A stretch of 64,000 bases of DNA, from NCBI GenBank assembly GCA_965247095.1, contig OZ251997.1, positions 1,056,001-1,120,000 on the forward strand, written 5' to 3'. The DNA comes from Candidatus Multivorans sp. Lineage in GTDB: Bacteria > Acidobacteriota > Thermoanaerobaculia > Multivoradales > Multivoraceae. The notes beneath the pieces were generated by a model. It was not told the origin of the DNA, ran no database searches, and worked only from the letters and a program-made list of their open reading frames with translations. This document shows, piece by piece, positions 9,276 through 18,245 of this stretch. Every line of letters starts with the position of its first letter. The stretch's first letter is position 1. The position numbers were made by a program, and so were the translations under genes.

Positions 9276-10343
9276 CTACAGCGACTTGAAGTAGTCGACC
9301 ATGGCGTGGGCGGTAGCCGCCTCGGGATGGTCGGGCGCCACGCTCAGGAACTTCTCGAAGGTCTCCAGTGCTTTGTCGTTCTCCGAGAGGGCGGCGTAGC
9401 ACAGGCCGAGCATGTTGAGCGCTTCGGGTTGATTCGGGTTCGACGCGACCACCTCCTCCAGCCTTACCCTGGCTTCCGCGATGTTACCGGCGTTGTAGAG
9501 GTCCGCGGCCTCGTTGTAGACGTTCTTCGCCGCCTTCTCCGGGTCCGCGGCCTGGAGCGCGGCGAGCGCTGCTTGGGCCTTGTCCTCCATGCCGAGAGCG
9601 TCATAGCCGGCGTAGAGGATCTGGTTCATGTTCTCCAGATCCTCGCCTTCGGCTGCGACCTGCTCGGCGTACTCGACCGCCCTGACATGGTCGCCACGTT
9701 GCGAGAGGACTTTCGCCAGTCCACCCAGGGCAGACACCAGATCGGGCTTCTTTTCGAGTGCGTTCGTGAAGAAGAGCTCGGCGGTGTCGTAGTCGCCTGA
9801 GTTGAAGGCGTTGCTGCCCTGGTTGTAGAGCTTGATCGCACTGCCGCCCGCCTGCGCTTCGAGGTCGATTTCCGGTGCCGCTCCGAGATCGCCGCCCAGG
9901 GCCGCCTGGGCCTTCTGGGCCTCATCGATAGAGGTGAGGTTCCAGTCCCCGCCTCCCGAAAGCTGGCTGAGCCTCGTCTCCCGGCGGGCGGGAATCCGCA
10001 CGTTGCCGACGCGCCGGGTGACGTAGCCTTCCTTCTTCAGCTCGACGTTGAAGCCCGACCGTTCGTGCTTGACGACATTCTTGAGCATGATCCGGAAGCG
10101 TCCGTTCTTGCCGGACAGGTGCTCTGCGCGGAAGTTCGGCGATTCGGGATCCGTGAAGATGATCTGGACGCCCTCGATCGCTTCGTCGGTGCTGGCGTCG
10201 AAGATCTGTCCGTACACGGTGCCCGGCAGTTGTGCCGCTGCGGGCGCGGCTACAAACAGGGAAAGACCGGCCATGAGCGCCGCGAGCACGATGGCGCGCC
10301 GCACCCTCAGCCCCATGGTCCACGATTCGCGAATCGACTTCAT
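9276..10343 (-). CDS. Secreted TPR protein with N-terminal carboxypeptidase-regulatory-like domain
   Basis: Signal peptide, GTVYGQIFD...GRFRI domain, several TPR repeats (YNQG, YNEAA, ALNMLG); AAGGAGG RBS. Confidence 0.85.
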   Translation of the reverse strand: MKSIRESWTMGLRVRRAIVLAALMAGLSLFVAAPAAAQLPGTVYGQIFDASTDEAIEGVQIIFTDPESPNFRAEHLSGKNGRFRIMLKNVVKHERSGFNVELKKEGYVTRRVGNVRIPARRETRLSQLSGGGDWNLTSIDEAQKAQAALGGDLGAAPEIDLEAQAGGSAIKLYNQGSNAFNSGDYDTAELFFTNALEKKPDLVSALGGLAKVLSQRGDHVRAVEYAEQVAAEGEDLENMNQILYAGYDALGMEDKAQAALAALQAADPEKAAKNVYNEAADLYNAGNIAEARVRLEEVVASNPNQPEALNMLGLCYAALSENDKALETFEKFLSVAPDHPEAATAHAMVDYFKSL

Positions 10344-10429
10344 GGTTTCCTCCTTCGGCCGCTCAGACTAGTAGCGGATCTCTAGTGGCGGATCTCCAGC
10401 CGCCGGAAGCGTCTTAGAATAGCAGAGCC

Positions 10430-11839
10430 GTGGTTCGGGATCCTGGCTCAGGCTTCGAGCGAAATCCGGCCTGGCCGAGGGTGCTGGACATCTGCCGGGC
10501 CGCGGCGGCGGGAGGCGGCGCCATGCGCCTGGTCGGAGGCTGCGTTCGGGACGCGTTGCTCGGCCGCGAGTTTCGCGAGTTCGACCTCGAGGCGTTCCGA
10601 CTCACGCCCGAGGCCCTGCACCGGGTGCTGAAAGGTCTCGGCCTGCAGGTCGACCAGGTGGGGCGGGCGTTCTCCGTCGCCAAGCTGCGGGGCCTTCCGA
10701 TCGATATCGCCCTGCCCCGGCGGGAACGGAAGGTGGGGAAGCGTCACCGGGACTTCGTCGTCGATGCGGATCCGGAGATGAGCGTTGCGGCCGCGGCCGA
10801 GCGCCGGGACTTCACGATCAACGCGATCTCGTACGACCCCCTGGCCGGACGGATCGATGACCCGCTGAACGGAAGGGCGGACCTGGAACGGCGGCGGCTC
10901 CGTCATGCCTCGCAGCGCTTCGCGGAGGACCCGTTGCGGGTGCTGCGCGGCATGCAGTTCATCGCCCGCCTGGAACTGGAGCCGGATCCGGAGACGGAAG
11001 CTCTCTGCTCCGGGATCGACTGGACCGACCTGAGTGTCGAGCGGGTGTTCGAGGAGTGGCGCAAGATGCTCCTTGGGGGCGTCGAGATCGGGCGCGCACT
11101 CCGGTTCCTGCAAACGGTGGGGTGGCTGCGGGCGTATCCCGAACTGGAAGCTCTTGTCGGCTGCGAGCAGGACCCGGAGTGGCACCCTGAAGGCGACGTC
11201 TGGATCCACACCGGGCACGTCCTCGACGCCTTCGCCAGGGAGCGCCTCGATGACGAGGAAGAGAACCTGGTGGTGGGACTCGCCTGCCTCTGCCACGACC
11301 TCGGCAAGCCGGCGACCACGCGTTTCGTGGACGGTCGGGTGCGGTCCCGGGGACACGAGGCCGCGGGCGAGGGGCCCACGCGCACACTTCTCGCGCGGTT
11401 GACCAAACGAACTCACCTCGTCGACGATGTGGTGCCCTTGGTGGTCGATCACCTGAAACCGCGCCAGCTCTACCTGGGCGGCGCCGGCGACGCGGCCGTG
11501 CGCCGTCTCGCTCACCGGGTCAAGCGGATCGACCGCCTGGTGCGGGTGGCGCGCGCGGACGCGCTCGGGCGTCCCCCGCTGAAGCCGGTCGAGTGCTGCG
11601 ACTGCGACTGGCTGCTGGCGCGCGCCGAGGCGCTGCGGATCCGGGATCAGGCGCCCGAGCCGATGGTGGGGGGCCGCGACCTGATCGCCCGCGGCGTGGC
11701 GCCGGGCCCGGCGATCGGCGCCCTGGTCGAGCGCTGCTACCAGGCCCAGTTGAACGGCGACTTTCAGGCCAGGAGTGAGGGCCTGCGCTACCTCGACCGG
11801 CTGCTGCGGCGCAGACCCGGCGCCAGCGGGCCGAGATGA
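10430..11839 (+). CDS. cca: CCA tRNA nucleotidyltransferase with HD domain
   Basis: VGGCVRD, RRDFTINA, FAEDPLRVLR, HPEGDVWIHT, CHDLGK. Confidence 0.88.
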   Translation: MVRDPGSGFERNPAWPRVLDICRAAAAGGGAMRLVGGCVRDALLGREFREFDLEAFRLTPEALHRVLKGLGLQVDQVGRAFSVAKLRGLPIDIALPRRERKVGKRHRDFVVDADPEMSVAAAAERRDFTINAISYDPLAGRIDDPLNGRADLERRRLRHASQRFAEDPLRVLRGMQFIARLELEPDPETEALCSGIDWTDLSVERVFEEWRKMLLGGVEIGRALRFLQTVGWLRAYPELEALVGCEQDPEWHPEGDVWIHTGHVLDAFARERLDDEEENLVVGLACLCHDLGKPATTRFVDGRVRSRGHEAAGEGPTRTLLARLTKRTHLVDDVVPLVVDHLKPRQLYLGGAGDAAVRRLAHRVKRIDRLVRVARADALGRPPLKPVECCDCDWLLARAEALRIRDQAPEPMVGGRDLIARGVAPGPAIGALVERCYQAQLNGDFQARSEGLRYLDRLLRRRPGASGPR

Positions 11840-12480
11840 ACGAAACAAGGATTGGCGGCGAGTCGTCCCTGCACCCAGAGGACGATGGCTTGCCAGCACA
11901 CAAACCGGCCGTCCGGGGCTCGGCCAGTGGCCCGGTCGATGGCCCCGAGGACGGTCAACTCGTTCGCCGTGCCGCGGCCGGCGACCGGGATGCGTTCGAA
12001 ACCCTCGTCGTGCGCTACGAGACGCCCCTGCGCAAGCTGGTCTACGGCTATGTGCTCGACTGGGAGGTCGCCGAGGACGTGGCTCAGGATGCCTTCCTGC
12101 TGGCCTTCAGGAAGCTCGACCGGTTGGACGAGCCCGCGGCCTTCAAGAGCTGGCTCTACCGGATCGCAATCAACCGGGCTCACGACGAGCTGCGGCGCAA
12201 GTCCCGCTGGGGACGCCGGCTGGACCGCAACGTGGATGACGAGGCGCTTGCCGAACTGCCGGCGGCCGGCGCCGAGTCCGCGGTGGAGTCGCGGCTCCTG
12301 CGCCGTGCTCTGGTGCGGGCGCTGGCCGAACTGCCGAAAAGCCAGCGCACGGCGGTGGTGCTGAAGGACCTGGTGGGGATGAAGTACGTCGAGATTGCGG
12401 AGCTCCTGGACTGTCCGATCGGGACAGCGCAGATCCGGGTGCATCGGGGCCGCCGCCAGTTGCGGCGTCGGCTCGGCTAG
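11836..12480 (+). CDS. ECF RNA polymerase sigma factor
   Basis: AEDVAQDAF, FKSWLYRIAIN (region 2); YVEIAELLDCPIGT (region 4). Confidence 0.93.
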   Translation: MNETRIGGESSLHPEDDGLPAHKPAVRGSASGPVDGPEDGQLVRRAAAGDRDAFETLVVRYETPLRKLVYGYVLDWEVAEDVAQDAFLLAFRKLDRLDEPAAFKSWLYRIAINRAHDELRRKSRWGRRLDRNVDDEALAELPAAGAESAVESRLLRRALVRALAELPKSQRTAVVLKDLVGMKYVEIAELLDCPIGTAQIRVHRGRRQLRRRLG

Positions 12481-12482
12481 GA

Positions 12483-12542
12483 GTCGAGTCGCGGCGTCCG
12501 CGCCGCGCTGACGCACAGGAAACATGGCTTGTTCCATGCAAG
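12483..12542 (-). repeat. Dispersed 60-bp repeat carrying the IS110 junction motif
   Basis: Reverse complement is 56/60 identical to 3067-3126 and begins CTTGCATGGAACAAG. Confidence 0.9.
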
Positions 12543-12560
12543 GATTGGAAAGGAGAAACG

Positions 12561-12983
12561 ATGCAGGTCGAAGACAGAACCGGACGGTTTGAAGCCGCAG
12601 GGAAGCGGCTGGCAGGGGCGCTCGAGGCGCTGCGCGAGGAGTGTTGCGTGCCGCCGGAGGCGCCGGGATTCCTGGCCGGGTTCCGCGCCCGGCGCGACGC
12701 CTGGCGCGAGCGCGGGGCGCAGGCCGCTGCGTGGCGGATTCTGGCGTTGCGCTTGGCGCCTGTCGGGGGGCTCGCGGCTATCGCGGCGATGGTGCTGACT
12801 GTGGGTCTGGACTCCTCACCAACCGCTCCAGAGACGGCTGCGAGCGATCCGACGGTCTTTGACTACGAGGATCCTCTTGCTGCGGGCCTTGAAGAAGCAG
12901 GCGTTGCCACGGTGGCGATGAGCGGCGACGAGCCCGGCTACGAGCTCCTGGCCGTGCTGTACGAGCCCCTGGGGACGCGGTGA
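12561..12983 (+). CDS. Probable anti-sigma factor (single TM)
   Basis: Follows the ECF sigma; AAGGAG RBS; one TM segment and acidic C-terminus. Confidence 0.6.
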   Translation: MQVEDRTGRFEAAGKRLAGALEALREECCVPPEAPGFLAGFRARRDAWRERGAQAAAWRILALRLAPVGGLAAIAAMVLTVGLDSSPTAPETAASDPTVFDYEDPLAAGLEEAGVATVAMSGDEPGYELLAVLYEPLGTR

Positions 12984-13558
12984 TGAGCAACGGACGCATG
13001 CGAATCTGGATGTGGCTCGCTCTGGGATCCGTCCTGTTGCTGGGCTTGAGCGCCGGTCTTCTCGCCGATCGGCTGCTGGGCGAGCGCGGCGGCAAAAGGA
13101 CCGGGGCGCCGGCCCACCCTCAGGCGCACGCCCCCCGCCCGCCGATGTTCCATTTCGATTGCCGGGCCTGGGAGGAGAGCGAAGGGGCGGCGGCCGCGGA
13201 TGCAGGAGGGGATGGGCAAACCGAAACTGCGCCAACGGACCGACTCCGCGAACATAGCTCCAGAGCGACGAACCGGTTCGCTCGGCGCCTGGAACTGGAT
13301 CCGGAGCAGATCGAGGCGTTGGCGCCCATCGTCGCCGACGCCATGAACCGGAGCCGGGTCTACTGGATCGGGGCCCGGGATGAGTTCTGCGCGATGCAAG
13401 GGGACTTTCACCAGGGGATGAGCGAGTTGCTGCGGCCGGAGCAGGCCGAACGCTTCGACGAGTGGAGAAGCGAACTGGCCGAGCGGAGCCGGCGCCATAC
13501 AAACGGTCATCGCGGCGAACATCCGGGCAATGGGCCGGAGACCGGAGGTTGCCGCTAA
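12983..13558 (+). CDS. Periplasmic Spy/CpxP/ZraP-like helical protein
   Basis: N-terminal TM, RRLELDPEQ and LLRPEQAERFDE repeats (LTxxQ-like); TGATG coupling. Confidence 0.65.
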   Translation: MSNGRMRIWMWLALGSVLLLGLSAGLLADRLLGERGGKRTGAPAHPQAHAPRPPMFHFDCRAWEESEGAAAADAGGDGQTETAPTDRLREHSSRATNRFARRLELDPEQIEALAPIVADAMNRSRVYWIGARDEFCAMQGDFHQGMSELLRPEQAERFDEWRSELAERSRRHTNGHRGEHPGNGPETGGCR

Positions 13559-16500
13559 TGACACCGGAGAAGGAAACGGACCAGCAGGCACGCCTGCCGT
13601 CTGAACCCGCGGGCGAGACCACGTCGCCGGACGAAGTAGACATCCATCGGCACGTTCATCCGATCGTCCGCTTCGCGGTCGAGCGTCGGGTGACGATGTT
13701 CATGGCGACTCTCGGCGTACTGGTCCTGGGTTGGCTCTCCCTCTCGCGGCTGCCGCTCGAATTCCTGCCGCTGTTCCAGTCGTCGAACATCTCGGTCTGG
13801 GTTCCCTACCAGTCGTCTTCTCCAGAAGAGGTCGAACGCTCGATCGTATGGCCCTTGGAGGACAGCCTGGGGACGATCAACGGCGTCCGGCTGCTGCGGT
13901 CGCGGGCGAGCGGGAGTTCCGCTTCGATCGATATCGAGTTCCAGGACGGGACCGACATGGAGTTGGCGACCGTCGATGTCCGCGACCGCGTCGATCGGGT
14001 GCGCGACGACCTGCCCAGCGACGTGGAGCGGATCAGCATCCGCCGCTTCGAGAGCACGGACATTCCGGTGCTGCGGAGTGTTCTGAGCGCGCCGTGGACG
14101 CAGGACGAACTGAACGACTTCGTGGAAGATGTCCTGCTGCCGCGGATCGAGAGGCTGGAAGGGGTGGCGCAGGCCGAAGTCCGGGGCATGATGAGCCGGG
14201 AACTGCGAATCGAGCTCCTGCCCGAACGGATGGCGGCCCACGGCGTGGATGTCCGCGAGTTGGCGCAGGTTCTGCGAGACAACCACGTCAACGTTGCCGG
14301 CGGCTACCTGCGTGAGCGCAGCCGCCGGCTCTTGGTGCGCACCGTCGGCGAGTTCAAGACGGCCGACGAGATCCGCCGGCTGCCGATTCGCGGCGACGGC
14401 CTGCGGGTGAGCGATGTCGCCGATGTCCGCTTCGGCTATCCCGACAAGCATGAGTACAGCTTTCTGAACGGCGTCGAGGCGATCAGCCTGAGCATCAACA
14501 AGCAGTCGGACGCGAACCTCCTGGGGGTGGTGAACCGGGTCAAGGAGGAGTTGGAGGCGATCCAGCAGACCCCCGAGGGTGCGGGTTTGTCGGCGCGGCA
14601 TTTCCATGACACATCCGTCGACGTGAAGCAGGGGTTGTCCGAACTGGGTCGTAGCGGGCTGATCGGCGGCGGTCTGGCGATCGTCTTCATGTTCCTGTTC
14701 CTGCGCAAGTTCCGAACCACGTTGCTGGTGGCTCTGGCGGTGCCGCTGTCGCTGGTCATGACCTTCGTGATGATGTACCTCGGCCGGCAGGCGGGAGTGA
14801 CGGAAATCACGCTGAACGTGATGAGCCTGATGGGGCTGATGCTGGCGATCGGGATGCTGCTGGACAACTCGATCGTGGTCATCGAGTCGATCTTCCGCCA
14901 CCGCCAGGAACTCGGCGCCGACGCAAAGACCGCTGCTCTCTGCGGCGCCAGCGACGTGGCGATGCCGATCATCGCTTCGACCGCCACCACGATGTGCGTC
15001 TTCGTGCCCCTGATCTTCTTCGGCAGCGGCGGCGGCGGCCCTGGCAGCTTCTCGCGCTTCATGGGCGACATCGGCACGACGGTGTGCCTCGTCATGCTCG
15101 GTTCGCTGGTCATCTCGCTGACCGTGGTGCCGATGATCGCGGCGATCCTGTTGCGCTCGGAGAGCAAGCGTCGATTCAAGCTGTTCGACCGGATCGGTGA
15201 GATGTACGGCTCGACGCTCGGCTTCACGCTCCGCCATCGCTTCATCTTCACGGTGGTGATCGGCGGCCTGCTCTACGGCTCGTGGGTGCTCTACAACGGC
15301 ATCGAACGCAGTTTCACCCCGCCCTCCCAGGGCAGGGCGTTGACGTTGTTCGTCGATACGCCGCGGCAGATGGGAACCGACGAGCGGCTCGCGTTCTACG
15401 GTGAGGTCTATGACCTGCTCGATGTCAAGCGCGACGAGTGGGAGATCGCCGACATCGCCCATTCGGTCCGCCGTGGCGGCGGCAGGAGCAGGTCGTACGG
15501 CGGCGGCAACCGGTTCGAGCTCTACCTCAAGCCGGAAGAGACATCGGAACTGACCACGGACGAGATCCAGGATCTGGTCCGGGAAGCGCTACCGCAGCGG
15601 GTCGGCGTGGTGTTCAGGATCGCCCGCGCGGAGTTCGGGCGGCATGGCTCCGGACGGTCGGGAATCGAGATGGAGCTGATCGGCGACGACCTGGACATCC
15701 TAGAACTCCTGATACCCCGGGTGACCGACCGTTTGGAACAGATCCCCTTCATTACCGACATCGACAACTCGCTCGAGAGCGGCGATGACGAGATCCGGGT
15801 CTCGGTGAACCGGGAGCGCGCGCTGCAGGGTGGTCTCTCCAGCCAGGCCGTTGCGATGACGGTGAGCGGTGCGCTGTCCAGCCGTTCCCTCGCCTACTTC
15901 AAGAGTGCCGAGCGCGAGATCGGCATGGTCATGCAGTACCGGGAGGAGGATCGCGAGACCCTCGATCAACTGAGGAAGATGCAGGTGTTCGTGTCCAACC
16001 CGGACGGTGAGGGCGCCCCGGTGTCGTTGCCCATGTCGAGTCTGGCGTCGTTCGAGGTCGGGTACGGAGCGTCCCGGATCGAGCGGGAGAACCGGCGTTC
16101 CAAGGTTGAGATCGAAGCGAACACGATCGGCGGGACGCCGTCCTACATGTTGCGGCGGCCGGTCCAGGAGGCGCTGGCTTCGGTCTCCCTGCCGCCCGGC
16201 TACGAGTGGTCCTTCGGCCGGAGGTTCATGGAGGGCGAAGAGGACGCCGCTCGAGCAATCATCGCCATGATTCTGGCGGTGGTGCTGATCTACATGATCA
16301 TGGCGGCCCTGTTCGAGGACTTCCTGCAGCCCTTCACGATCATGCTGTCGATTCCCTTCGCCTTCATCGGCGTCGGCCTGATCATGGCGCTCGCCGGACA
16401 GCCGAAGTCGGATTCCTCGAACATGGGGCTCCTGATCCTGGCCGGGATCGTGGTGAACAACGCGATCGTGCTGATCGACCACATCAACCGGTTGCGCCGG

Positions 16501-16821
16501 GAGGGCCTGAGCCGTTACGACGCGATCGTCCTGGGCGGCAGGCACCGGCTGCGACCGATCTTGATGACCGCAGTGACGACAATCCTCGGCCTGTCGCCGA
16601 TGGTGGCGCCGTTCTTCCTGCCCGAAGTGTTCGGGCAACCCGAGGGCAGGGCCTCCTATTGGGCGCCGGTGGGACTTGTGATTCTGGGGGGGTTGACGAC
16701 CTCGACCTTCCTGACCCTGCTTGTGATTCCGACGATCTACTCGCTCGTGGATGACGCGAAGCTGTTCATCCGGCGGGTTGTGCGGACGGCGTTGAACCGT
16801 CCGCGGAGAGAGATGGCATGA
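13558..16821 (+). CDS. RND efflux transporter permease (AcrB/D/F family)
   Basis: GMLLDNSIVVIE, RLRPILMT, GGLTTSTFLTL; TAATG coupling. Confidence 0.95.
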   Translation: MTPEKETDQQARLPSEPAGETTSPDEVDIHRHVHPIVRFAVERRVTMFMATLGVLVLGWLSLSRLPLEFLPLFQSSNISVWVPYQSSSPEEVERSIVWPLEDSLGTINGVRLLRSRASGSSASIDIEFQDGTDMELATVDVRDRVDRVRDDLPSDVERISIRRFESTDIPVLRSVLSAPWTQDELNDFVEDVLLPRIERLEGVAQAEVRGMMSRELRIELLPERMAAHGVDVRELAQVLRDNHVNVAGGYLRERSRRLLVRTVGEFKTADEIRRLPIRGDGLRVSDVADVRFGYPDKHEYSFLNGVEAISLSINKQSDANLLGVVNRVKEELEAIQQTPEGAGLSARHFHDTSVDVKQGLSELGRSGLIGGGLAIVFMFLFLRKFRTTLLVALAVPLSLVMTFVMMYLGRQAGVTEITLNVMSLMGLMLAIGMLLDNSIVVIESIFRHRQELGADAKTAALCGASDVAMPIIASTATTMCVFVPLIFFGSGGGGPGSFSRFMGDIGTTVCLVMLGSLVISLTVVPMIAAILLRSESKRRFKLFDRIGEMYGSTLGFTLRHRFIFTVVIGGLLYGSWVLYNGIERSFTPPSQGRALTLFVDTPRQMGTDERLAFYGEVYDLLDVKRDEWEIADIAHSVRRGGGRSRSYGGGNRFELYLKPEETSELTTDEIQDLVREALPQRVGVVFRIARAEFGRHGSGRSGIEMELIGDDLDILELLIPRVTDRLEQIPFITDIDNSLESGDDEIRVSVNRERALQGGLSSQAVAMTVSGALSSRSLAYFKSAEREIGMVMQYREEDRETLDQLRKMQVFVSNPDGEGAPVSLPMSSLASFEVGYGASRIERENRRSKVEIEANTIGGTPSYMLRRPVQEALASVSLPPGYEWSFGRRFMEGEEDAARAIIAMILAVVLIYMIMAALFEDFLQPFTIMLSIPFAFIGVGLIMALAGQPKSDSSNMGLLILAGIVVNNAIVLIDHINRLRREGLSRYDAIVLGGRHRLRPILMTAVTTILGLSPMVAPFFLPEVFGQPEGRASYWAPVGLVILGGLTTSTFLTLLVIPTIYSLVDDAKLFIRRVVRTALNRPRREMA

Positions 16822-18212
16822 AACGCGAAAGACAACTGCTCGCGGCTCGGGGAACCGGCGCCGTCTTGCTGGTTCTGGCCCTGGCCGCCGCGAGCCTGGG
16901 GTGTGGACAGTCGAACGCCGAAGCCCCTGGAGGCGGTCCGCGTGGCGGCCCCGGCGCTCGGGGCCCGGGCGGTCCCGGCTTTGGCGATTCATCCGGCGGC
17001 GCCACGATTTCGGTCAAGGTGACGGCGGTCATCCGCCGCCAGATTGCCGACTACCTGGAGACGAATGGCTCGCTGGAGGCGGAGAACGAGGTCGACATCG
17101 TGGCCCGGACGACCGGTCCGATCGTTGAACTGAACGTCGAGGAAGGCGACTTCGTGCGCGCCGGTCAGGTGCTGGCGCGGATCGACGCCGCCGAGATCGA
17201 GGCCCAGCTCGGTATTGCCCGCGTGACCCTGGCGGAGGCCGATCTGGCCTGGAAGCGCGCCCAGGACTCCTACCGCGAGGAGGTGATCAGCCAGGAGGCG
17301 TTCGACCTGGCGAAGTCGAACTACGACGGCGCCGCGGCGCAGATTGTCGGCACCGAGATCCTGCTGAACTACACGGTGATCCGGGCGCCGTTCGACGGAC
17401 TGATCATCGAGCGGGTGATCAAGAACGCGGAACACGTGGGCGCCAACGCGCGCTTGTTCCGGATCTCGGACTTCGACCCGCTGCTGTGTCCGATCCAGCT
17501 TCCCGAGAAGGATCTGACGCGGTTGAAGCTGGGACAGCCTGCCTACCTGACTGTCGAGGCTTTCACCGACGTGCGTTTCCCCGCCCGAGTGCTCCGGATC
17601 AGTCCGGTCGTCTATGCAGCGACCGGCACGGTGAAGGTCACCCTGGAGGTCCAGGGCGAAGGTCGTCTGCGGCCGGGGATGTTCGCGAGCGTGTTCGTCG
17701 AGACCGATGTCCATGACAACGCCGTGGTGGCGCCGAAGCAGGCCCTGGTCCTGGAGAGCACAGCCGATACCGTCTACGTGGTCGTCGACGACGGCGAGGG
17801 CGGCAAGATTGCACAGCGCCGCCAACTGGAGCTCGGTTTCGAGGAGAGTGATCACATGGAGGTGCTCTCCGGCGTCGCGGAGGGCGAGGATGTCGTGACC
17901 ATGGGGCAGGACAGCCTGTCCGACCAGACGCCGGTGGTGATCCTGGAACGCGAGGGGCCGGCCCCGGCGGCCACCATGTTCACATCGCAACCGGACGCCG
18001 CGGCGTCGCCGGCCCAACTGGCGGATCAGCGGGCTGGCGCGCCGTCAGACGGTGCGGCCGGCGCTCAGCCGACACAACGGGGCCCAACGCCCGAGCGCAT
18101 CGAGATGATGCGTTCACGGATGAAGGAACGGGGCATGGCCGACGAACAGATCGACCAGGCGATCGAGCGGATGAAGAGCGGCCAGGCGCCGCCGCGCCGT
18201 CCCCCGGCCTGA
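16818..18212 (+). CDS. RND membrane fusion protein (lipoprotein)
   Basis: Lipobox SLGC; VEEGDFVRAGQVL, IRAPFDG, LRPGMFA. Confidence 0.93.
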   Translation: MKRERQLLAARGTGAVLLVLALAAASLGCGQSNAEAPGGGPRGGPGARGPGGPGFGDSSGGATISVKVTAVIRRQIADYLETNGSLEAENEVDIVARTTGPIVELNVEEGDFVRAGQVLARIDAAEIEAQLGIARVTLAEADLAWKRAQDSYREEVISQEAFDLAKSNYDGAAAQIVGTEILLNYTVIRAPFDGLIIERVIKNAEHVGANARLFRISDFDPLLCPIQLPEKDLTRLKLGQPAYLTVEAFTDVRFPARVLRISPVVYAATGTVKVTLEVQGEGRLRPGMFASVFVETDVHDNAVVAPKQALVLESTADTVYVVVDDGEGGKIAQRRQLELGFEESDHMEVLSGVAEGEDVVTMGQDSLSDQTPVVILEREGPAPAATMFTSQPDAAASPAQLADQRAGAPSDGAAGAQPTQRGPTPERIEMMRSRMKERGMADEQIDQAIERMKSGQAPPRRPPA

Positions 18213-18245
18213 GGCCGGATCCGAGGCCCACCCAAGAAACTCGAC

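Noticed and set aside
10368-10395. 14-bp direct repeat CTAGT(A/G)GCGGATCT x2 in the TPR/cca divergent gap
   Set aside because: Only two copies; could be an operator but nothing else supports it
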